Origin: an uncultured bacterium
Lineage (GTDB): Bacteria; Fidelibacterota; Marinisomatia; Marinisomatales; UBA1611
NCBI GenBank assembly: GCA_965660855.1
Contig: CBFIBM010000005.1
Span: 1,466-65,465 of the forward strand
Direction of reading: 5' to 3'
DNA length: 64,000 bases
Shown here piece by piece: positions 19,388-28,417 of this stretch. The position numbers were made by a program, and so were the translations under genes. Numbering within the stretch: position 1 is the first letter of the stretch; each line of letters begins with the position of its first letter. The notes under the pieces are model-generated. The model was not told where the DNA came from. It was given only the letters and a program-made list of their open reading frames with translations, and made no database searches.

Positions 19388-19714
19388 TTAACCACCACTT
19401 AATTTTACGTTATAACCCTTTTTAATTAATTCTTTTTGTATAAACTCTCTTTTATTTCCTTGAATTAAAATTTCGTTATTTTTAATAGCTCCTCCAACTC
19501 CACATTTTTTCTTTAGTTCTTTTGATAGAGTGGTAATATTTTTCTTTGACTCTGATAAGCCTTTAATTACGGTTACAACCTTTCCACCACCTCTTCGATC
19601 TAAGTGCAAACGTAAATGCTGCTGATTTGGGTTAATATTTTTATACAATCCAGTATCATCATCTATTTTTTTTATAGAGGTGTCTGTTGAGTAAACAATA
19701 TTGGTCTTATTCAT
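19388..19714 (-). CDS. yciH: SUI1/eIF1-family translation factor YciH
   Basis: IVYSTD, RRGGGKVVTVIKGL, LKKKCGVGG and EILIQG...KLSGG. Confidence 0.92.
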   Translation of the reverse strand: MNKTNIVYSTDTSIKKIDDDTGLYKNINPNQQHLRLHLDRRGGGKVVTVIKGLSESKKNITTLSKELKKKCGVGGAIKNNEILIQGNKREFIQKELIKKGYNVKLSGG

Positions 19715-19819
19715 CTTAAAAAATATTAAATTAAATCTATTGTTTAATAATTATCACATTTGATATTAATCAAAAATACTAACTTTTATAATTAAAACGA
19801 TAAATTATTGTTCAAAATA

Positions 19820-21172
19820 ATGAAAAAAATAACAACTCAATTAACCAAACATTTTCTTATACTTTTTTTCTTCAATTTTGTTCCATTTGCTCAAGGTGAT
19901 AGTGAAATCAAATTTGACTTACAAAACTTAGAATTATATTTTTCTAACTTAAATACAACTTGGAATTCAAATCAGGAGAATGATTATAGTTATACCGTAA
20001 CAATGAAAGACTACAAATTTAGTTTTTCAGAAATTAATATTAAAAATAATTATAATTCAGATAATCTCTTATCAGATATTAAGATAATTGGGCCAATAAT
20101 CGATATTAATAAATTTGAATTTAAAGCAAAAATTTTTTCCGAAAATTGGATCACAAAAGAAAAAATTAAAAGATATAGAATTCGTCAAAATATTCCGAGG
20201 CTGGCTATAAAAAAAATTGAAGAAGCTTCAAAACTTTTTAAAATCGATAATAAAATATATCCAAACAATATTAATCAATTAGATATTGAAAATTATTTAG
20301 AATTCGATAAATACCCTTTCAACGAATACGGATGGAAATATAAAATTGATTTACCAAATATTATTACAGCAAAACCAACAAACTTAAATATTGCACCTAA
20401 TTCCGATATTATCATTTATAATTTCCAAGAAGACAAATTTCAAAATAATCCAAAATTAGATTCCTTGATAAATATACCTAATGTCGAATGGAATTATTTG
20501 TTTTCAGTTCAAAAAGTTGTGCAAAACATTTTATCATCTATTCTTCTGTCATTTTCACCTGATGGAAAAAACTTTACTGTAGAAATAATTAATGGTCAGT
20601 TTAAAATGGAGAGCCTAAAGTTCTCTGCTGTTCCCAATAATAGATTTGAAGATTTAATAAATCTCAAAATACCGTCAATCAAATTTGAAATTAATGATTT
20701 TTTCTTCAATGGCACTCTTGGAGATATCCCAGAAATAAATAGTCTAAAAAGTAATTTTAAAGTAAGAAATTTTGATTTAAAACTTCCGGAGGGGTTAATT
20801 GAAGAACCGGAGATAGAAAAATTAATGAAAACATTAGGTATATGGAATAACTCAATTAAAATAAGATTATTTGAAATTGATATCAGTATGATTAATGAGC
20901 TTACGGGATCTGCAATTATTAAAATTTATACACCTTTTTTAAAAATTGATGTAAATGTAAATATGATTGTCAAACAAAATGGAACATTTCAACCGAAGAT
21001 TATGCTTAGTAACTCAACAATAAAAATAAACCCAATAGCACTCGGTGTCAGAAAATATATTAGAAAATGGGAAAAAGAGAACAATAAAACATTAAAAAGA
21101 CAGGGTTCAATTATTACTCTCAATTTGAGTGGTGATATTTCCAATCTATTTATTCATGGATTAAATAATTAG
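19820..21172 (+). CDS. Hypothetical exported beta-rich protein with internal pilin-like segment
   Basis: Signal peptide. Internal AIKKIEEASKLFKIDNKIYPNNINQL resembles GspG/pilin globular domains. Start codon uncertain (19808 TTG or 19820 ATG). Confidence 0.6.
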   Translation: MKKITTQLTKHFLILFFFNFVPFAQGDSEIKFDLQNLELYFSNLNTTWNSNQENDYSYTVTMKDYKFSFSEINIKNNYNSDNLLSDIKIIGPIIDINKFEFKAKIFSENWITKEKIKRYRIRQNIPRLAIKKIEEASKLFKIDNKIYPNNINQLDIENYLEFDKYPFNEYGWKYKIDLPNIITAKPTNLNIAPNSDIIIYNFQEDKFQNNPKLDSLINIPNVEWNYLFSVQKVVQNILSSILLSFSPDGKNFTVEIINGQFKMESLKFSAVPNNRFEDLINLKIPSIKFEINDFFFNGTLGDIPEINSLKSNFKVRNFDLKLPEGLIEEPEIEKLMKTLGIWNNSIKIRLFEIDISMINELTGSAIIKIYTPFLKIDVNVNMIVKQNGTFQPKIMLSNSTIKINPIALGVRKYIRKWEKENNKTLKRQGSIITLNLSGDISNLFIHGLNN

Positions 21173-21182
21173 TTCTTACTAA

Positions 21183-21809
21183 TTAAACAATTTTTCTACC
21201 ATGGTATTCCCTCCCATTCAGAAACTTATGAAGGTTATCAAAATTATTTTTGTTAACTGATCCTGCGACAATTATTTTAAATTTCCCCTCAAAATCCTGT
21301 ATAATTTTTTTTAACGTCTTTTTACCATCCTCCGCAGTTGCAGCTCCTCCTGATGTTAAAATACTTTTAATATTTTTAAAATTAGATAGCTTTTCAATTT
21401 CGTTTTTTATATTGTTCGTTAAATCAATTGCCTTATGAAAAGTTATAAGCATCGGCGAAGCCGCATCACTAATAATTTTCATTAATTTAAGATTAATACA
21501 ATTATCTTCATCTAATGCTCCGAACACAATTTCAGAGACACCTACTTTTTTAATCTTTTGAATATCCATTAACATTCTATCAATTTCTTCAGTTGAATAG
21601 TTGAAGCTTCCTCCTCGACAACGAATCATCACCTTGGTCGGAATTGAGATTTTATTCAAACACTCTTCTATTTGAAAAATATTAGGAGTGAGACCACCAA
21701 TATCTAATCTACTGCATAATTCAATTCTATTAGCATTTAAGTGCTCCATTTTCAGTGCATCTTGAAATGTTTCAACGCAAGCTTCCTTTATAATTTGATT
21801 TTTACTCAT
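21183..21809 (-). CDS. cutC: CutC family protein (copper homeostasis protein CutC)
   Basis: EACVE, RIELCSRLDIGGLTP, VMIRCRGGSF, TFHKAID, ILTSGG, EYHG. Confidence 0.93.
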   Translation of the reverse strand: MSKNQIIKEACVETFQDALKMEHLNANRIELCSRLDIGGLTPNIFQIEECLNKISIPTKVMIRCRGGSFNYSTEEIDRMLMDIQKIKKVGVSEIVFGALDEDNCINLKLMKIISDAASPMLITFHKAIDLTNNIKNEIEKLSNFKNIKSILTSGGAATAEDGKKTLKKIIQDFEGKFKIIVAGSVNKNNFDNLHKFLNGREYHGRKIV

Positions 21810-21846
21810 TTATTAGATTTGGTAATAAATTTCATTAATAAATTAT

Positions 21847-23109
21847 TTAAAATTTATTCTTTATTTTTCTATAGTAGTCTTTTATCAGGAAAAAATAAAA
21901 TATAACTCCTATGAAATATAGTAATGCTGTAATAAGAAAAATCTTGTAATAACTAAAATTTAATATTCTTAACCATTCAAATATTTTAGCACTAAAAAAC
22001 CATGAGATACTCCATAAGCTTGAACTTAGTGCACTTATTAATTCTTGATTTTTTTGTCCCACATAATTCATCATTAACTCATTTGATGCAGGATGCGCCA
22101 TATGCATAAGTGGCTGACGTAACACGTACGCTATAATTGCAACAAATAATGCAAATTCATGATCTGCATAAACTTCAGTTAGTGCCATTAAAACCAAGCA
22201 TATGATTGCAAAACTTTGAACTATAACGATACTTACCCAATAACCGTACTTTTTCCGTAAAGATGGGACTAATAATGAAAATAAAAAAACCAATATTGCT
22301 GTAAAACTACCCATTATACTGAACTGACTTGCTGTAAGGTTAAATACCGAATTAAAAAATAAATTAACAAATGGAATTGTTAAACCTGCTCCTATTGAAA
22401 TTAATATCAATGGTGAAATAGCTCTAAGAATTAAATTCCAATCATAATTTTTATGAATATTAAAAGTTTTAATTTGTTCAATATCTCTGATATTATTTTC
22501 ATTAATTTGGATTGAAAAATATAGACCTCCCAATCCCAAAAATGTTATGAATAAAAGAATGATTCGTTCGTCAAGATAAAATATTGTATCATAAATTATT
22601 AAATGATCAATCCAATTAATCCCACTTATTATCATACCTGAGAAAATAGTTGATAAACTCCATGTCGCTGCAATTAAAGAAAGAGCCTCAGTTGTATTTT
22701 GTGGATCTGTATTTCTCATGATAAAAGGTAATGAACAAACTCTCATCACCATCATACTTACTCCCCACATTAGAAAAGAAAACTTTATTATATGATTTAT
22801 ATCATAATGAATAGATTGAATAATAAAAACACTCGTGATTGGTACCATTAAAGAAGAAAAAATAAAAAATGGTTTTAATTTTTTTCCTCTAATATAAATT
22901 CCAAGTGGTAATGCAAAAATCAAAGCGCTAATAAATCTTAATGAATTAAATGAGGCAATTTCGGGGTCAGAAAATCCTTTTTTCCTCAAAAATATATTCA
23001 GAATTAGAATAAAAGCCACGTGTATTAAGCTCAAGCTAAATTCTAAAAAAAATAATAAATGTATATTTTTTGGTAGTACAATATAACTCTTAATGATTCT
23101 AACTATCAT
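21847..23109 (-). CDS. MFS transporter
   Basis: 420 aa with about 12 hydrophobic segments. GAGLTIPFVNLFF motif. Confidence 0.8.
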   Translation of the reverse strand: MIVRIIKSYIVLPKNIHLLFFLEFSLSLIHVAFILILNIFLRKKGFSDPEIASFNSLRFISALIFALPLGIYIRGKKLKPFFIFSSLMVPITSVFIIQSIHYDINHIIKFSFLMWGVSMMVMRVCSLPFIMRNTDPQNTTEALSLIAATWSLSTIFSGMIISGINWIDHLIIYDTIFYLDERIILLFITFLGLGGLYFSIQINENNIRDIEQIKTFNIHKNYDWNLILRAISPLILISIGAGLTIPFVNLFFNSVFNLTASQFSIMGSFTAILVFLFSLLVPSLRKKYGYWVSIVIVQSFAIICLVLMALTEVYADHEFALFVAIIAYVLRQPLMHMAHPASNELMMNYVGQKNQELISALSSSLWSISWFFSAKIFEWLRILNFSYYKIFLITALLYFIGVIFYFFLIKDYYRKIKNKF

Positions 23110-23126
23110 TCAAAGAGTAATATTGA

Positions 23127-23384
23127 TTAGATAACTGACAGCAAGAAATTTTTCAAAAAGCCAAGTATTATAAATGCAACCATTGGAGAAAAATCAACCC
23201 CACCCATTTGAGAAGGAATTACTTCTCTAATTGGCTCTAATACCACATCTGTTATGTGAAAAAGTATTTTTGTAAATCCGTTATACGAATTATATGAAAT
23301 CCAACTTAGAATTACACGAATCATTATTAAAATCTGTAAAAAATTGAAAAGATTATTTATTATTATATACATTAAAAAACTCAT
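23127..23384 (-). CDS. yggT: YggT family membrane protein
   Basis: IRVILSWI...ITDVVLEPIR..IP...GVDFSPMVA. Confidence 0.9.
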   Translation of the reverse strand: MSFLMYIIINNLFNFLQILIMIRVILSWISYNSYNGFTKILFHITDVVLEPIREVIPSQMGGVDFSPMVAFIILGFLKNFLLSVI

Positions 23385-23394
23385 TATTTTAAAA

Positions 23395-24696
23395 TTAAGT
23401 ACCTGTGTTTTTTAATTTATTTTTTATTATTATTATCGGTTCTGGATTCATGTTTTTTAGAAGCACTACTGGTGATAAACAAACAAACATCATAAGAACA
23501 TAAATATTTCCAGTTGAAAAATTTTCTGTTAAAGGGCCAATCAACTTACTTCCAATAACAACTGATAAATTTGAAATAGCCATATATGATGTAAACATAG
23601 TTGCTGATGCTTTTGACCATGATAGTGCCATGGTCAAAGAAAACATGGCTACAGTGCCTATTGCAATTAGGCAAGGAAATACGATGAGATAAGATAATTG
23701 AATCCAATATGGTATTTCATTATAAAATATTATTGAATATCCGAATAATCCTGATAAAACAGAAAAGCTACCCCACCCTAAAAAAAATATTTTCCTTCTT
23801 CCAAATTTATCTGCAAGAACTCCACCCAAAATAGCACCTAAGAACTCTAAAAGTGCTCCAGCTCCTCCAGATATTTGCGAATAGGTATCTGGTTCCCAAT
23901 TCAAATTATTATTATAAAAAACAGGTAAAACTCCACTATTAACACCTTGATTTATTGCAGATAGTAAAATAAAAATTGCTGTATAAAAAGCAGGCTTCAT
24001 TTTAAATGCCTTAAATAGTTCTATTATAATAATTAAAGGATTTTGAATATTAGATTTAAATTTCATATCAATATTATCATGGCTCCAAGGGAATCTCTTT
24101 TCATGTGGTCTTTCTTTAATTAATAATGGAACAAGCATAATTAAGGCCATCAAAGTTGCCTGTGATAGAATTGTTATAGTTAAGCCATATGAGTTAAGAA
24201 CCGTAGCCATTACCCCAGCACCAAAGCCAGTTCCAATCACCTTCGAACCCCACATGCTGCCATTAACTCTGCCTTGCTCCTCTGGCTCTAAAATATCAAC
24301 AGCCAGCGCATCACAACTAACATCTTGTAAAGATGCAAAGCAATTATGTAAAAAAAACATCCAACCCAATAAATATAAGTTATTTAATAAGTCTCCAATA
24401 AAACACATAATCAAAAGTGTAATCAGCATACCACTTTGAGCAAATATTATCCAAGGACGTCTGTTACCCATATAGCGATATCCAAAAGAATCAATTAAAG
24501 GTCCCCAAAATAATTTAAAAGTCCATGGCAAATAGGCCATTGCGGTGAGTTGACCTGATTCTACCATTGTGAGCCCTTCAGAAGCTAGATATGAGATTAA
24601 GGCTGTTAACATAAATCCCCATGGGAATCCTTGGGCAAAATAAAGTATACAGAGTGTAAATATTCTGAGTTTTTTATTTGTGGTTAAAGTATACAT
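23395..24696 (-). CDS. AmpG-like MFS transporter
   Basis: LYFAQGFPWG, LPWTFKLFWGPLID, RRPWI, SLQDVSCDALAV. Confidence 0.85.
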   Translation of the reverse strand: MYTLTTNKKLRIFTLCILYFAQGFPWGFMLTALISYLASEGLTMVESGQLTAMAYLPWTFKLFWGPLIDSFGYRYMGNRRPWIIFAQSGMLITLLIMCFIGDLLNNLYLLGWMFFLHNCFASLQDVSCDALAVDILEPEEQGRVNGSMWGSKVIGTGFGAGVMATVLNSYGLTITILSQATLMALIMLVPLLIKERPHEKRFPWSHDNIDMKFKSNIQNPLIIIIELFKAFKMKPAFYTAIFILLSAINQGVNSGVLPVFYNNNLNWEPDTYSQISGGAGALLEFLGAILGGVLADKFGRRKIFFLGWGSFSVLSGLFGYSIIFYNEIPYWIQLSYLIVFPCLIAIGTVAMFSLTMALSWSKASATMFTSYMAISNLSVVIGSKLIGPLTENFSTGNIYVLMMFVCLSPVVLLKNMNPEPIIIIKNKLKNTGT

Positions 24697-24717
24697 CTTC
24701 TTTTTTATGATGTATAC

Positions 24718-25800
24718 TTAAATCGTTATCGATTTATTTTTGATTATATTTATCTCTTCCAATGAAGCAAATTTATTATCCCACTGAGCTAATTTTGGCT
24801 CCATAACTTTAAAAAATTTCTTAGGCATAAATATTGCTAAATATAACATCGATAAATATCCATAAGGTAACATCGGTGTATTTTTATTGTAAGGCTCTAA
24901 CTCCCAATATTTTAAATTTGCTTTCTCATGATGAGAAGAATGTCTTGTTACATTAAATAAATATAAACTGCTAATTTTACTATTTGAATTCCATGAATGT
25001 TTTCTTTCAACAGCCTTTCCCTTTTCTCTAACTAAGCCATAATGCTCGATGAAGTTTATAACTTCTAAAAATGATTTTGCTATAAAAGAGCAGACTAAGA
25101 ATATTACCAAACTGTATATATCTCCAATTAAATAAGTTGATATACAGAATGAAACACTAAGTAAATATCCTTGAAGGATTTTATTGTGATAATTAAAGAT
25201 GCCTTGGTTATGTTTCTTTAAATTATTTAATTGAAATCTCCAAGCATCTATATGCTCAGATATTATTGCTTTTAAAACAAACTTATAGATATTATCACCG
25301 CGACGAGCAGTTGCGGGATCATTTTTAAATCCCACATTTTTATGATGTCCCTGAACATGTTCAATTGCAAAAGTACAATCCCATGATAATGCGAGTAATA
25401 GGTTTCCAATAAGCTGGTCAAATTTTTCTTTTTTTCGGTGGATTAATTCATGGCCAGGTACGGTGCCCATTATACCAATAAATAGACTTAAAATCATTAT
25501 AAGAGATATATGATCTAAAATAGGATATAAATTATTTTGTGCTTTATAACTAAATAGATATACCACATTTAAAGTAAATAAATATAATAAGATAAGGTTA
25601 ATATATATTGGGAGATTTAAGAAAAAAGGATAGTTAAAATTAAAAAGTTTTGAATCTTTCTGAAAAAAGTGATCTCCTAAAATAATAAATAAAGAAAAAC
25701 CAATAAAAAAAAATGTGGGATATAAACTGCCCTGATTAATAAAAAAAAACCCAAATAAAAGAGTAATTGGGGAAATATAATATTGTAAGTATTTTATCAT
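24718..25800 (-). CDS. alkB: Alkane 1-monooxygenase (AlkB family membrane di-iron enzyme)
   Basis: All four His boxes are present: HELIH, EHVQGHH, NFIEHYG, RHSSHH. Also DPATARRG, HSWNS and PMLPYGY. Confidence 0.9.
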   Translation of the reverse strand: MIKYLQYYISPITLLFGFFFINQGSLYPTFFFIGFSLFIILGDHFFQKDSKLFNFNYPFFLNLPIYINLILLYLFTLNVVYLFSYKAQNNLYPILDHISLIMILSLFIGIMGTVPGHELIHRKKEKFDQLIGNLLLALSWDCTFAIEHVQGHHKNVGFKNDPATARRGDNIYKFVLKAIISEHIDAWRFQLNNLKKHNQGIFNYHNKILQGYLLSVSFCISTYLIGDIYSLVIFLVCSFIAKSFLEVINFIEHYGLVREKGKAVERKHSWNSNSKISSLYLFNVTRHSSHHEKANLKYWELEPYNKNTPMLPYGYLSMLYLAIFMPKKFFKVMEPKLAQWDNKFASLEEINIIKNKSITI

Positions 25801-25867
25801 TTTTCTATTGATTATCTAATATCCAAATATAAACAGTTTTATTAGTATTTTTATTAAACTTTATCAT

Positions 25868-26752
25868 TCAATTTATACTTATAATGAATGCACCTAAAAT
25901 AGATAATATAACTCCAGTCCATTTTTTTACTGATATTGGCTCTTTTAAAAAAAAATAAGCAAATAAAATTATTAATATCGTCGATAATTGGTTGTAAATG
26001 GCTGCTCTATCTGCTAGTGTATATTTAAAACCAGCTAACCAAAGTATAACAGATAAATAAGTACCCATAAAGGACCCTATAATTATGTACTTATTTTTAA
26101 ATCCCTCTACAATATTTGTGAATAAATCCTTGTTTTTTGATCTATATTTTAAAAAGATAATAGTAAATAATAAACCAATACTAAATCGATAAAGTGCAAC
26201 AAAAATAATTGAATTTTCTAGCATAATTGGCTTAACTAATAAAATAGAAAATGCTGTGAACATTTGTGCAAAAATTCCAAATGTGATTCCAAATATTATT
26301 GTTTTTTTATTATTCGTTTTTGGTAATTCAAATGAACTAACAATTATTCCAAAAATAACTAATAATCCACCAATGTAACTTTTAAAAGAAATTGAATCGC
26401 TAAACATAAGAAATGAAAATAAAAATATCGATGGGGAATATATAGTTGCTATAATTGCAGAGAAACCAGATCCGAGCTTTTTTAAAGAACTTAAAAACAT
26501 TAAATCTGCGATACCCACACCTATTAAGCCACTTATAAGTAATAAAATAATTTCTAAATTTGAGAATTGAGGAACCGGTATTTTGAGAAAAATTATAGTA
26601 AAAATAAAACCAATAACTCCAATTAAATTTTTTATCAAACTCATTTGAAGACTTCCCATATTTTTTGATGAAATGTCAAATAAAATAACAGCAATTGACC
26701 AACAAACTGCAGTGAGTAATGCATAAAAGTCGCCCATGTTAAAATTAATCAA
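25868..26752 (-). CDS. DMT/EamA family transporter
   Basis: Ten TM segments in two EamA repeats. Likely start is ATG at about 26737. Confidence 0.85.
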   Translation of the reverse strand: MINFNMGDFYALLTAVCWSIAVILFDISSKNMGSLQMSLIKNLIGVIGFIFTIIFLKIPVPQFSNLEIILLLISGLIGVGIADLMFLSSLKKLGSGFSAIIATIYSPSIFLFSFLMFSDSISFKSYIGGLLVIFGIIVSSFELPKTNNKKTIIFGITFGIFAQMFTAFSILLVKPIMLENSIIFVALYRFSIGLLFTIIFLKYRSKNKDLFTNIVEGFKNKYIIIGSFMGTYLSVILWLAGFKYTLADRAAIYNQLSTILIILFAYFFLKEPISVKKWTGVILSILGAFIISIN

Positions 26753-27845
26753 TTATAAAATCCTTCCACAGCTTAAGGTAATTAATAAAAACGTCTCCAA
26801 GATCTTTTTTTCTTAGATAATCGGAAGAAAACGGTCCTCTATATGGATTATAATATGGATCTTTCATTTTAATAGGTATGTCAGGATATGGGATTGCTGC
26901 TTTTCCAATTCCAAAAAATGATGCACCCTGATTAAGAATATTTATAGCATCATTTGTAGACCAAATATTACCAGTGCTGATGATAGGGGGTAAATTTTTA
27001 ATTGATTTTGTAAACCACTCAGTTAAAGTATACTCTTTATCTATATACTTATTTGAAGTAGAATAAATATCCCAGCATGAAATGTGAATGAAATCTAAAT
27101 CATACCTTCTTAAGTTTTTAATGAAAGCTAACATCTCAATTAGATCAATACCCATTTCTTTGATTTCAGGTGATATTCTAATTCCAATGATAAAACTTTT
27201 AGGCACTACCAATTTAATTGCTTTGATAATCTCTATAATTATTTTAGATCTAGCTTCAATTGATCCTCCCCACTCATCCTTTCTCCTATTTGTTTTAGAT
27301 CCTAAAAATTGACATAATAAATATCCATGTGCACAATGCAACTCGATACCATCAAAACCAGATTTAACTGCCCGTACTGAGGCTTGTGAAAAGTCTTGAA
27401 TTATTTTTTTTATATCAAGTATGGATGCTGATTGAGAATAACCATCATTTGAATATTCAGTTTTATTAATGCTTGCAGATAACGGTTTCTGACCGGTTAA
27501 TATTTGAGGAGCACGTTGTCCTCCATGAAATAATTGAGCAAAAATTAAACTACCATAACCTTTTATTTGAAAATTCAGATTTTTTAAACCATCAATATTT
27601 TTATCACTAAAAAGGCCAATTTCCCCATCCCAACCTTGCCCCGATTTAGAAACGTGAATTGCTGCAGTTGTAATTATTCCAAAACCGCCCTTTGCTCTTC
27701 TAATTAACCATTTTAATTCAGTACTAGAAATATTTCCATTCTTAAAACTTTGTTTATTTGTCATTGCGGCAAGAACCGATCTATTTTTTACTTTATGACC
27801 AGTTCTTTCAAATATAAATGAGGATGTTGGATATTTATTCTTCAA
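26745..27845 (-). CDS. NADH:flavin oxidoreductase (Old Yellow Enzyme family)
   Basis: RAKGGFG, QLFHGG, GFDGIELHCAHGYLLCQFL, NRRKDEWGGS, GIRISP. Confidence 0.92.
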   Translation of the reverse strand: MKNKYPTSSFIFERTGHKVKNRSVLAAMTNKQSFKNGNISSTELKWLIRRAKGGFGIITTAAIHVSKSGQGWDGEIGLFSDKNIDGLKNLNFQIKGYGSLIFAQLFHGGQRAPQILTGQKPLSASINKTEYSNDGYSQSASILDIKKIIQDFSQASVRAVKSGFDGIELHCAHGYLLCQFLGSKTNRRKDEWGGSIEARSKIIIEIIKAIKLVVPKSFIIGIRISPEIKEMGIDLIEMLAFIKNLRRYDLDFIHISCWDIYSTSNKYIDKEYTLTEWFTKSIKNLPPIISTGNIWSTNDAINILNQGASFFGIGKAAIPYPDIPIKMKDPYYNPYRGPFSSDYLRKKDLGDVFINYLKLWKDFIID

Positions 27846-27858
27846 TCTTAAACTTAAC

Positions 27859-28359
27859 TTATTTTTTTGTATAATGATTTAAAACTAAATAGCTTACCTT
27901 TTTTTCAATTTTTTCTAACTTTTCTCTACCAACTTCTAAAAAATTAAATCTTTTATGAAAATTGATTGACCTTCTATTCAAAGGTTTTACATTTACTTCA
28001 CATGTTAAACGGTTGGTTATATTTTTTGAAAAAAATATAAGATCATTATATAATGCACTGCCAATACCTTTTCCATGGTTATTCTCTTCAACTATTATTC
28101 TATCTATATAAATGAATGAATTATATCTATTATTAAACCAATTATAATTATCACTATTATAATTTAGACTGGGATTCAAAGCTATTATAAATCCAATAAT
28201 CCTGTAATTACATTTCACTACTTTAAAATAAACAGAATTATCAAAAAACCAACTTAACTGCTCATAGGAAAGACTGCTTACCATTGGAATGTATTTTTGA
28301 TTTAACTCAAAAATACAATTTAAATCTCGCTGATTTACATCAAGTATTCTATATTTCAT
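27859..28359 (-). CDS. GNAT family acetyltransferase
   Basis: YNSDNYNWF, YIDRIIV, HGKGIGSALY, CEVNVKPLN..S..FH. Confidence 0.88.
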   Translation of the reverse strand: MKYRILDVNQRDLNCIFELNQKYIPMVSSLSYEQLSWFFDNSVYFKVVKCNYRIIGFIIALNPSLNYNSDNYNWFNNRYNSFIYIDRIIVEENNHGKGIGSALYNDLIFFSKNITNRLTCEVNVKPLNRRSINFHKRFNFLEVGREKLEKIEKKVSYLVLNHYTKK

Positions 28360-28417
28360 AATATTTATCTATTATTTGAATAATAATTCATGATTATCAA
28401 TTGATTTATTTTTAATT

